Origin: Cycas panzhihuaensis
Lineage: Eukaryota > Plantae > Cycadophyta
NCBI GenBank assembly: GCA_023213395.1
Contig: CM041465.1
Location: 147,629,741 to 147,693,740, forward strand
DNA: 64,000 bases
Direction: 5' to 3'
The translations under genes and the position numbers were made by a program. A model generated the notes under the pieces. It was given only the letters and a program-made list of their open reading frames with translations, made no database searches and had not been told where the DNA came from. Within the stretch, counting starts at the first letter, position 1, and each line of letters opens with the position of its first letter. Below are positions 38,032 through 49,270 of this stretch, piece by piece.

Positions 38032-41000
38032 AGGATTGCAAAGGCAAAGCCAAAGCGACTAACCTGATGACAATCGTACCAGAAACCAAGAATGTGAAAT
38101 TACAAAACAAACAGAAAGAGAAATTGGATGAAGGATATCCAAATCCACCGACAGAAATAGATTGGTATAGGAAAGCGAAACAAGTATTAGATGGCCTAGT
38201 CCGGGAAGAGAATACATTACCAATGGGTAAACCGGAAACGAAATACGTATATGCACGAAAGAATAAACAAATGGAGCAAGAAAAACTACCAGAAGAACTT
38301 AAGACAAAGCCCCAAATGGTGCAAATGGAAGAGCTTTTCAAAGGATTGCCAGTTGAGGATATCCCCAGAATGTTGCTATTGATGGAGAATTTGGTGAAAC
38401 AATTACAGTTGACTATTCCTCTGTCCCAAGTTATTGAGTGGATCAAAGGGGGAGTGTTACAAAAAGGAATTACGAAGAGTTGGAAGCAAATTATACCATC
38501 ATTCGACATGGATCCGATGGTAACCATGTCAGTCTTGGGGGAAACATTTCCACGGGTAATTGTTGATGGAGGTGCAGCAGTGAATGTATTACTAGCTGCA
38601 ACATGGCGTAGATTGGGAAGCCCGAAGTTGGAAGCGGCGACCTATTCGTTGAAATTGGCTAATGAACTATTGGTACGACCTATGGGCAGACTAGCCAATA
38701 TCAAAGTAGACGTGGCAGGGATAGTGGTGCGAATCGACTTCACGATTGTGGAAACAGAGAGAGGAGCAACACCCTATCCAGCACTGTTGGGAAGGCCATG
38801 GTTATATAAAACACAATGCCTTCAGAATTGGGAAAAAGTAACCTTCACTCTATCGGATAGCAACAACAAGGTGGTATTGCCAATGCTGGGAAAAAGCTCG
38901 ATTGAAGTAATTCCAGATGAAGGATCCAGCACAATGGAAACGAGCGACACAACATTTACTTCCATTGGGGAAGAACATATCTACCACATGGCAGAAGAAC
39001 CCACCACATCGAATAACCACCAGCGTGAAGAACCAACAGATCTCGAAGAAATATACAACTCTTCGGATGACGAACACGGCATGAGGTTCGTGGATTACTG
39101 GCTTCAGGATGTATATGAAGTAAACTCTTCTTCTTACAGATGTAGTTTGCTATCTAAATGTGTATCTACAAACATTGATAATAATTCAAATTCTTTTGAA
39201 TATATTCTGACTAACGATAATTTAAAAAATGATAACAACCTAGACCAACCAACCCTTAGTTTACCTAGTAATTTTCATAGTTTTTTTGTAGTTAATAGTA
39301 ATCCCGACATCCCATCTACTTCAGGCGTGGGTCCTGAGGTAGATTCCCTACCCCCCCCCTTATTACAACCCGAGGAAGGAAGTAATATTTCTTCCTCGTC
39401 TTCCTTAGAGGTACACCCACCCAGCCATAAATCTCTTCCAACCATTGGCGCCAAAACTGGGGAAATGGAAGGAGGATTGCTGGTAAATACTTCTAGCGAG
39501 TCTGGTCTAGATAGTAAAATTATTATCCCAGAGGAAACAAACTATCCAATCTATATTGGGAACTACGTAAAACCATTCTATGGGGAGCAGTTATATGGGA
39601 CTACCCATTTAACGCACTGTGTTGAGTATTGGATAGATAAGGGGAATTGGGATAAAACCCAATGGCAACAAGACCTAATCCTAACCTTACGAGGGAGAGC
39701 TTGGTACTTAGCCCACCAAGCCACTCTTAGGAGTTGGCAAGATTTACAGACGATGTTTCGAATACGATTCGATCATCCAACCCAATCAACTATTCCAATA
39801 TTCTACATAGGTCATAACCCTAGAAAACATATACAGGTTTGTAAACAAAAATGGAGATCCTTAAGTGTACCTAAACGGAATTGGTCTAACTATTTCTACC
39901 ATAGCTTGGGGAGAGTAGCAAAGGACTGGTTCCTAGGGAAGGAACAAAATTTAGATATGACTTGGGGAAACCTAAAGAAATCCTTTATAAAAACCTTTAG
40001 GCATACTTCGGATAACCAAGGAATAAACAAAATCTTGAAACATATTACAATAATGAGCATAAAATTAGAACAGCATCTAACAGATCAGGAACCAGTAGAA
40101 TCTATACATAGTGAAGAGGAAGAGATCATGAATTATCCTACAGAGTTTACAGAATTTACTGTTGGGGAAAGAAAACTAGAAGACGCACCGGGACACAAAA
40201 CCGGAAATGCAGAAGATGTGGGTATAACAAGGTTGAAAACTACAGAAATCAATGTTGGTAGTTCAGAAAATCCTAAGCTCATTCGAATTGGGAACTATTG
40301 GGATCCTCAAACGGTAGCAGAAGCCCAGCAGTTATTCAAGGAATTCCGTGATGTATTCGCATGGTCGTATAAAGACCTAAAAGGCATTCCTCCGGAGATA
40401 GGAATGCATCATATCGATCTAGTGGAAGACGCCAAACCGGTAAAACAAAGACCCTACGGGATGAATCCAAAATACAAAGAGAAAGTAAAAGCAGAACTTG
40501 ATAAAATGTTGGAAGCAGGTTACATATATGAGATTGACTACAGCGACTGGGTGAGCCCTGTAGTAGTGGTTCCCAAGAAAAATGGAAAAATTCGCGTCTG
40601 TGTGGATTACAGACAGTTGAATAAGGTGACGAAGAAGGATCCATTTCCGTTACCTTTTACAGAGGATATTTTGGAAGCAGTTGAGGGAAATGAGATCTAT
40701 TCCTTCACAGGCGGATTTAGTGGGTACAACCAAGTGCAGATTGCCCCGGAAGATCAGGCAAAAATGACATTCATAACAGAATGGGGTACGTATGCCTATA
40801 AGGTAATGCCATTCGGTCTTACGAATGCACCAAAGGACATTCCAAATAATTGTGATTAATATCTTTCAAAAATTTATTGGAGAAAAAGTTGCTGTATTCC
40901 TAGACGATTAGACGTTGTATGGATTAATGAAAAATCATATGGAAAACTTGAGAGAAATGTTGCAAACCTGCCGAGAAAGTAAATTGTGTCTCAATCCAGA

Positions 41001-43014
41001 AAAGTGTACATTTCTGGTACCCTTCAGAAACCTCTTAGGGCATATAGTCAGCAAAGAAGGATTGCTGACCGATCTAGCAAAAGTGTCTGCCATTCTACAC
41101 TTTTCGACACCGAGTATGAGAAAACAGCTAAAAGGTTTTTTGGGTTTGACGGGATATTATAGAAAATTTATCAGAGGGTATGCATACATATCTGGACCTC
41201 TGGAAGAATTGCTGAAAAAGAATATTGAATGGATATGGACAGAAGATCAGCAATGAGCATTTGAAACATTGAAACAGGCCATTGTAGCAGCGCCTATACT
41301 ACGATTTCCAGATTGGAAGAAAACTTTTCACGTACATGTGGATGCGTCGCAATACGCTATTGGATGCGTATTGGCACAACCCAGCGATGATAAAACAGAT
41401 CATCCAATCTATTTCGCCAGTCGGAAACTTACGAGAGCTGAGCAAAATTATACGACGACAGAAAGAGAAGCACTCGGCATGGTCTATGCATTACAAAAGT
41501 TTCGACATTATTTGTTATCCAATCCATTCATGTTTTTCGTTGACCACCAAGCGCTGATGTATCTGGTGAATAAACCGATTATGTGAGGAAGAATCAGCAG
41601 ATGGTTAATGTTGTTTCAAGAATTTTCTTTCAAAATCGTTGTGAAACCCGGCAAAGCCCACATCATTCCAGATCAGCTGTCGAGAATAAAAAACGGAGAG
41701 AAAACCACGAGGATACCTGATGATTTTCCAGACGCAACTCTGTTCAGCATGGAAGCAGTTCCAACAGACTGGTATGAGGGAATATTAGAGTATCTAGCGA
41801 CCGGAGAAGTGCCAGCAGAGTTAGATCGTACAAGGAAGAGAAATTTCATCAGAAAAGCGGAGCCGTATCAACTTATCAGCAGAGAGTTGTACAAATTGGG
41901 GCCAGATGACGTATTGCGGCGTTGTGTTCGACAGCATGAGACAAATCAGATCATGTCCCAGGCACATGAAGGAGTAGCGGGTGGCCACATGGGAAAATTG
42001 GCCACATGGCGGAAGATCTTGACGTCGGGATTTTGGTGGCCATCAATGTTCGAAGATGTCAAAAAATGGATTCAAGCATGTGATTATTGCCAACGCGTGG
42101 GGAAACCTAATCGACAGGATTTCCAACCGTTACATCCCATATTACCTTTGGCACCGTTCGAAAGATGGGGGCTCGATTTTGTGGGGCCAATCAAACCAGC
42201 GTCGCGAAGATCGAAAGCTCGATTCATTCTGGTGGCAACCGATTATACGACAAAATGGGTGGAAGCACGCGCATTACAAAAAGCCGATGCAGAAAGCACA
42301 TCAAGATTTCTGTATGAGGTAGTGATTACGCGATTTGGATACCCCTTGGAGATCGTCAGTGACCAAGGTGCCCACTTCCTCAACCAGACTATTGAAACAT
42401 TGACAACCGCCTTCATGATTAGCCATTGGAAATCAACTCCCTACTACCCGAGAGCCAATGGCCAAGCAGGGAGCTCAAACAAGATAATTGAAAACTGCTT
42501 GCGAAAGATATACGACATCGGCAGATCGGATTGGGCCGAGAAGTTACCCTCCGTACTATGGGCATTTCGTACGACATACAAAAGGTCAATTGGTCAGACT
42601 CCATTCCAGCTTGTATATGGCACGGAAGCCATTCTTCCGACAGAGTTTGAGATACCCAGCTTATGAGTAGCAATACAATGTCGATTAGACGACCTCCAGT
42701 CTTTGGAACGACGACTGGAAGATTTAGTACGACTGGAAGAGAAACGACACCTAGCAAACTAGTTGCAACATATCGAAAAGCAGCGACAAAAAGCATGGCA
42801 CGACCGCCATCTACGGAAACCCCAATTCGACGAAGGTGATCAAGTGTTGTCAGATGACAAAGAAATTCAAAACGCACCCCGGGAAACTCAAGATGTGGTG
42901 GTTGGGACCATACATCGCAGAAAGAATTTTTGAAAATGGATCGTGCGACCGAAGATCGATGGACCTCTGCTACCAACTCGGGTAAATGGTAGCAGACTCA
43001 AGCCTTACATTGAG
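38000..43014 (+). pseudogene. Gypsy pol: protease, capsid-like insert, RT, RNase H, integrase (a few stops and frameshifts)
   Basis: PR VIVDGGAAVNV...LLGRPWL; RT WVSPVVVVPKKNGKIRVCVDYR, YKVMPFGLTNAP and VFLDD; RH FHVHVDASQYAIG...YTTTEREAL; INT HEGVAGGH...CDYCQR, WGLDFVGP, SDQGAHF, and a GPY motif. Confidence 0.95.
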
Positions 43015-43309
43015 TAGCCTAGCCTACCAGCAGGATCAACTGGTTGTACCATATCGTATTGCATGATGTTGAGGCAACCAACTGCCTTGATACCAAGCCA
43101 TGATCCAATTCGGTATGGATACAAAAATAGAACAAAAAAAAAAATTGGAAAAAATAAAAAATAACCGTAACTCATTACTGATATAAGTAACAACAGCATA
43201 ATCTAAGAAAAAATCAGAGGAAAATTCATCTAAGATACCAAGAATTACGGTAATGCACTAAAAAGGTATGTTACCGTGCACGCATAGCTTGAAACAAAGG
43301 ATAAAATTG

Positions 43310-43720
43310 AAAATACACTATACGCATTCAAGGAATTTACTAAAGTACGCATAGTTTAAAAAGTGACTCGAATTACACTATACGCACTGAAAAGTACGCA
43401 GCAGTGCACGCTGTAAATAACTTTTATGGCTCAATTACATTATACGCACCGAAAAGTATGCAAGGTGCACGCACAATGCAAAGGAGAGTAAGTTAAAAGA
43501 TTACATTATACGTACCAACAAAGTACGTAGTCGGGTATGCACTATGTAAAAGATACTCAAGTGATTAGTTACATTATACGTACCGAAGGAAGTTTGCAAT
43601 CGAGTACGTATAATGAAAGCTATTAACACTATACGTACCAAGGGCACGTATAAGACAAAATCCGCAAAACGACAAATCATTACGTACCTGCGAGCATTCC
43701 CGTGAGGTACGCAGCGCGGA
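43310..43720 (+). repeat. Degenerate tandem array (~7 units, 53-68 bp period) of hairpin-forming repeats
   Basis: Motif TACA(C/T)TATACG(C/T)AC at ~43314, 43374, 43436, 43502, 43570 and 43625, with a partial copy at 43677. Each is followed by a complementary GTACG(C/T)A arm. Confidence 0.85.
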
Positions 43721-43865
43721 ACGAATTGTGGAAAACGGCACGCAAAAGACTTCCTCGGTACGCATCACAGTACACAAGAACGACAAGCGTTCTACAGAGG
43801 TACGTACGTGCGGTTCTAGCTGTACGCTTTGGTTTCTTTCTTATCTCTGGGACTCCACAGCCATT

Positions 43866-44949
43866 ATGAGGACAACAGGGTGCCAGGAGGCTTATATACC
43901 GAAGTTGAAGCAAGACCTCCAAGCTCTACCAGCTGCATTTCAGGCCAAGGTTAAGCAGGCAGGCTGGGGAGACTACATCTACTGTATCCCCATGTATTAT
44001 GACCCCGAATTGATGGACCACATCCTAATGGCCCTAAAGGCAGACAGTAGGAAGGTCAAAATGGACGCGGACATAGTCCATACTATCACTAGACTTCCCA
44101 GGGAGGGAGAGGTTCCATTGGGAACGAAGAGGTCGGAGGTAGACCGGAAATGTGGTCGAGGGAACTATGCCACCTAACACTCAGATTATGTCCGGTGGAA
44201 TCAGGGTAGCCGACATTATGGATGGGAGACTTCAGTGGGTGGCCAAAGTAATTAATTCCAGGTTTTTGTCAAAGAGGAAGTACACCTACATTCAGGGAGG
44301 CATGATGCTGGTATTGTTAAAAATTCAGGATGGAGAAAGGTTGAATTGGTTAGAATATTTGGCGGAAAACATGAGACAGCAGCTACAAGAGATTCAGACA
44401 CATCCATTCCACCATCCTTCATTGCTTCTGGCAATATTATTCTACCAATGTCCAGAGGTTGAGCTGACCAGGACTACTATCTCTCCTCGGGAGCCAATTA
44501 TCAAACAATGGGTAGCAGAATTTCCAAACACAACAACCAGTCTGGAAGCAAAACAGAGAGTTCAAAAGCAGATGCAAAAGGTGCTTACCTGGCTACAGAA
44601 AACACCGGGAACACCTATCCCTCATCGGACGAAACAAGGTGTTCATCGTCGTGGAAAGAGGAAGAAGGGGGAAGAAGAAACAGAAGAAGAGGAGGAGGAA
44701 GCAGAAGCATCCTGGGAAGAATGGGAAGACTTCCCACCAAAGAATGAGGCGGAGAACCTTCAAGACCTCCTACACCGCAGGATAAAGCGGGACCCATTAT
44801 CCAAATGATTCAGGAAATGGAGGCAGGGTACAAAGCGGAGATAACGGCCCTTCAGGACAAAATAAAGGAGAAGGATGCCATTATTGCCACCACGACACGT
44901 ATAAATGAGGAAATTTTGGGAGGACAGAGGCGGAGGGAGCCGCCTTGAG
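43866..44949 (+). pseudogene. Gypsy 3' accessory ORF (~360 aa after repairing two frameshifts); plant-transposon/Athila ORF2-like
   Basis: ORF pieces 43866-44177 and 44152-44808 plus a coiled-coil tail to 44949. Preceded by a polypyrimidine tract and CAG. Homologous relic at 14569. Family assignment is by resemblance only. Confidence 0.75.
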
Positions 44950-45036
44950 ACAGAGTGGGGAGGGATACCCAAATTTTGATTTTTGGAGTTTTGTTGAGCA
45001 AGGATGCTCAAACCCATAATCATGACCCGGGATAGA

Positions 45037-45859
45037 TGTTGGAGTCAAAAGTGATCCAATGGCTGTGTGAGGACCAGAGGTAGGTCAGATAACCCGAGTT
45101 GTGCAGGTACGGGCCATACGGAGGTACGCACGAGGCAAAATGGCAAAAAAACCAGCATTCTGGGTACGTATGATAGGTGCGTACCTGGAACGGGTACGTA
45201 TGACATACGTACCAAGGCGGAACGGAACCGAGCAGAAGCGGTACACACGACTCAAGGGGACCAGTGAAGACCTATTGAGGTGCCAAACGTACGTACAGAC
45301 ATAAAGGACGGATTAATTAAGGCTAAACAAGTGTTTAAGTGAAAGGGTACGCATGACTAAAGGGGTACGGTTATGACAGGCAGTCATAACCCTTTAGCCA
45401 AAAGTGATCAGCATGAGTACTTAAGGAGGTACGCATGATTCACCTGGTTAGGGTGAGAGCCGGATATCATGGGTACGCAAAGGTGCAGGAGCCAGTACGC
45501 ATGACAACCATTTGGAGCATCACTGTATGATAAGTACCATCTGGGTACGCATATGTAGCAGAAAGATTGTATGCTGCTGGAATGCTCAGGAATGCATTCC
45601 AGCCTCTGTGTAAATGAACTGTTGACTTAATAAAAGAAAGAGTTATGTGGAAACTGGTGTATTATTGGTGTTGTAATGATGATTTGCTGAGTACATATTG
45701 ATTTACATGCATCACGTGTACTATTCTGTGAATTATATGTGGAATGTATGTGAATGACCATGTTGACAGTATCCTGAACTAGACTATAGCGCTGTGTAAC
45801 CTTGACAAGTGTAAGGGGTATCTCATAAGCGTAATAAGATATCCCAGCCGAAGTCAACA
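45037..45859 (+). repeat. 3' LTR (823 bp) of the Gypsy element
   Basis: Direct repeat of 35354-36167, followed by TSD TATGC. Confidence 0.97.
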
Positions 45860-46278
45860 TATGCATGGGAAGTTTTGAAGAAATTCAGAATGGAGAAAAG
45901 TAAAGCTGCACTAACCCCTAGGAGACAAATTTGAAGCTAACAACTCTAGATGATGAGGACGGTATGAATGACACGATGTTTAGGCAACTGGTTGGTAGTT
46001 TAATCTACTTGACTACAACTAGGCCTAACATATCCTTTATAGTTGGTATAGTGTCAAGGTTCATGGCAGAACCAAGGCAGAGCCATTGGAAAGCAACAAA
46101 CATGATCCTAAGATATTTGTAGGGGACATTGCTCTTTGGATTGAAGTTTAGCTAGAACAATAATTTCCAACTAGAGGGGTGTTCAAATTCTGATTGGGTT
46201 GGATGTGCAAATAGTAAAAGGTTCACTTAAAGATATTGCTTTAGTTTGGGTTTTGTTGTTGTCACTTGAAGTAGCAAG

Positions 46279-48390
46279 TGTGTATGGCAATTTTGACAAA
46301 ATGAAGTATAAGAGATAATTAAGATGTGTAATCAATGGTCAGATTGGAATTAACATGTGCAATAATAGTCATGATTGCAATCAACAAGTACAATCAAAAG
46401 TCAGATTGCAATCAACAAGTGCAATCACATTCAGGATTGCAACTAGTAGCTATAATCAAGAGTTAGATTGTAACCAAAAGGTACAATCGTGGCTAGATTG
46501 CAATTGGAATCATAATCTAAACTTAGATTGGACCATTAGATTACAATCCATTAATGGATTGTAATCAGAATCATGATTAAAAGAAGATTAAAGCTAATTA
46601 GAGATACTAATTAGTTAGTTTGGTAGAAATAGGAAAGATAATTGAATTTGTAAAGGTATAAACAATGTGCTTGCTTTATGTCTTATGTCTTAGAATAGGG
46701 ATTTTATCTATCTTCTTGCTATACGACTATAACCAAATTTTCTTTGTTTGACTCCTTTAGTTTTCTACTGTTCTTGGGACAACATTTGGTTGTGAGAGAA
46801 CTAGATGTAGTGCCTGTTTGGATTAATACAAATAGTTAGTTCATACTTAAACTTGTGTTGTAAATTTTGGATGTTACACATGTCCTTGTATTTCTTTTGG
46901 GGAATGATGTCGATAGTTAATTAAGGGACATTAGAGCACACATTGGTTTCGCTGCCATCCCACATGAACCTTGAGAAGAGGGCGGGCAAAATGGACATAA
47001 TGGGGTGAGAGTAGGCAAGGTCTTTCCATGCCACCGAAGAATGATTTGAGGATAAAGAAAGAGACACGACATGAAAGGGGCAAGCATTGGGCAAATGAAA
47101 GATTGCAAGGAGGAATGCATAGACCCGAATTCTTAATTCAACCAAGAAAATAGATGAAGAAGAGACCACCTGTGAGGTCAAAGAAAGAAAAGGAATTGAC
47201 CCAAGAGGAGAAAGAAGAAAACAAGGAGTCTATAGAATGAAAAGTAACGGGGCAATCAACCCTAGTTTAGAAAGCGGAAACCCAGGAAGAAGAAGAGATA
47301 AAGGACCCAGAAGAAATTTAGAGGTGTGCATTGGTTAAAGACCTTACCGATGACATAAATCTATAGTCAAATTTAGAAGGATCCGAGAATTTGAATTTTT
47401 CAGATAGCGAAAGCATGTATATACCCTTTGAAAATTGGAGTACATTCAATAGAGGATGGGACAATCCCACACTAGAGGAGTTGACCCCTTATAATTAATA
47501 CTAGAATCCTCTCTATATAATAATCGTAGAAGGAATGATTCGTCTAATAGTGTCTGGGCCATACGCCCCAGGAGGCAGCCCCTTACAAGCGAGGAGTGTG
47601 ATAGGAAACTCATCAATATGACATATTGGCATTCGGTCAACAATTGCTAATGCCACAAGTCTTGTTAGAAGTAGTTAAGGAGGAGGTGGTAATCAACCAC
47701 CAACATGAGGCAATGCCGTTTTGGGGTGGGGGTAGGAGGAGGAATTAGGGGAGGCAAGATGCCACTAGTTGGCGGAGTAATAGGAAATTTGATGCCACCA
47801 GGTAGAGCAAAATATACAACTTGTTATGTTATTGTGTAGAATGATGCAACTTTGGCAATCTGCAATTTGATGGATCCGGGGATCTAGGGGATCACTTGGC
47901 ACTGTTCACAAACTTGCTAAAAATCAAGAGGATTCAAGATCAGGAGAAGATCAAAGCTAGAGTTTTTTCAACTTTGTGGGGAGTTGCCATATCTTTGTAT
48001 CAATACATCTCCATTTAGAATTCGACATGGGACTGGATTTAGATTTTATTTTTAGATCGATTTCAAAGATTGCATGATTCTATGGCCATTGTTCAAGCAT
48101 TGGAGGAGATTCACAAATTTCAAGGTGAATCAATGAGTAATTTTGATGGAAGAATGAGAATAATCATGAACAAGATCGATCCAACAACTCCAATTAATCC
48201 CATGCTTGCCTTGAAGTACTTTGTTTAAGGATTAGTTTCTCAATTAAAGGACAAGGTAGCTTTGCATCCTATGAACAACTACAAACAAGTACGAGAACTG
48301 GCATTGAAGTTTGAAAATCAAATGAAGACAACATATTTGCAACCAACTGTGCATATGGGACCAAATTTTACAATGGGAACCAATTTTCAA
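46279..48390 (+). mobile_element. Truncated old Gypsy of the same lineage (LTR ~46279-46942, PBS, decayed gag)
   Basis: Interrupts the Copia RNase H after (W)SSK. PBS-like TGGTTTCGCTGCC at 46944. Gag FDGSGD..DHLALF and YFV*GL...LHPMNNYKQVRELALKFENQM align with the intact copy's gag. Confidence 0.75.
46340..46580. repeat. ~30-bp-period tandem repeat with a GATTGCAATC palindromic core, inside the LTR
   Basis: About 8 units of the type tcagattgcaatcaacaagtgcaatc. Confidence 0.8.
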
Positions 48391-49270
48391 CCATCGCCTA
48401 AATTAGATTATTCATTTTTACATAGTTTTAGAACTTTATATTATATATTGTAGAATTTTCTAAGTATATTCTCTTTTTAATTTTTACTTTTTCTTGAAGT
48501 TTCTTTATTTTATCATTTAAACCTTGTTTTAAGCTTGTTTTTAATGCTTTTTCATTCATTTTAACCCTTTTTTAGCCCAGTATCTTATTTTGCCTTTTTT
48601 TAAATTAAAAAATATTTTTCAAGTGAAAAATAAAAAAAAATTAATGTTATTTTAGTTTTGCTTTTCTTAAAGCTTTTTAGCACTTTTTTTTTGTTTTTTA
48701 AAAAAATTAAATAAAAAATAAGGAAAATAATTAACAAAATCATATATTTTTTAAACTTGAAACATTAAAAAGGTTAAAATCCTAAATCAATTTCAAGACT
48801 TTACCAATCTTGCAAGTGGAACGGTTAGGGCACCTGAGGCAATTACTCACGCACATGCATTTGTTCTTCCTTGAACTTTACGGATTGTAGGGGGAGGCAA
48901 TTGCTATAAGGTGCGTCGAGTACAGGCTGAGATGTAAACCAAAACTTGGAGTTTAGAGACCATGCTAAACTTGGAGAGGGTGAGTGTCTTGGTTGTAAGT
49001 GCGCCCTAAGACAAGGACCTGATCGTTAGGCTATAAATCCAGTGCAAGTGGATCTACATTGTCAGGGGGGCGACAGAGCCTTTTAATTCTCACATACCTT
49101 TAGGTATATAGGGTCCTTGAATTGCCACCTGTGAGTAGGTATACCATTAGACAAGATTGTCTCAACTACCAGTGGCTTGTAAATAAGGAGACACTGAGAC
49201 TTTTGATAGTAGTTTAGTAAACCTCTGTAGGTAGATATGACATTGCTGGTACAGACACATAATCAATCAT

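Larger units (their letters stand above)
35354..45859 (+). mobile_element. Complete 10.5-kb Ty3/Gypsy non-chromovirus element with extra domains and a 3' accessory ORF
   Basis: LTRs 35354-36167 and 45037-45859 (TGTTGGAGTC...AAGTCAACA). TSD TATGC at 35349-35353 and 45860-45864. Order gag-PR-RT-RH-INT; no chromodomain seen. Confidence 0.97.
25518..46278 (+). mobile_element. Old Ty1/Copia element hosting several nested insertions (5' LTR 25518-25820; pol pieces 27490-29739, 34910-35353, 45860-46278)
   Basis: LTR TGTTAG...CTCA with degenerate PBS TGGTCTCAGAGC at 25823. Knuckle CYHCNKPGHFSRNC, integrase and RT motifs follow. The RT peptide continues across both TSD-flanked insertions. LTR and protease resemble the Copia at 52645. 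Linking this LTR to this pol is inferred from that similarity. Confidence 0.75.

Noticed and set aside
37931-38527. Long antisense ORFs over the Gypsy pol (also 42419-42976 and 37410-37781)
   Set aside because: They are shadows of the sense coding frame, with no recognisable motifs and no independent evidence.
43310-43720. CRISPR-like appearance (conserved motif plus variable spacers at ~60 bp period)
   Set aside because: The repeats are short and degenerate and the period varies from 53 to 68 bp. There are no cas genes, and the context is a plant retrotransposon. Kept as a hairpin array instead.
43866-44949. Calling the accessory ORF a true envelope gene
   Set aside because: No signal peptide or convincing ~20-aa transmembrane segment. 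The hydrophobic patches are short, and there are NLS-like and acidic tracts.
48390-49260. AT-rich tract and following unassigned segment as a separate element
   Set aside because: Low complexity, and no termini, TSD or coding motif could be supported.
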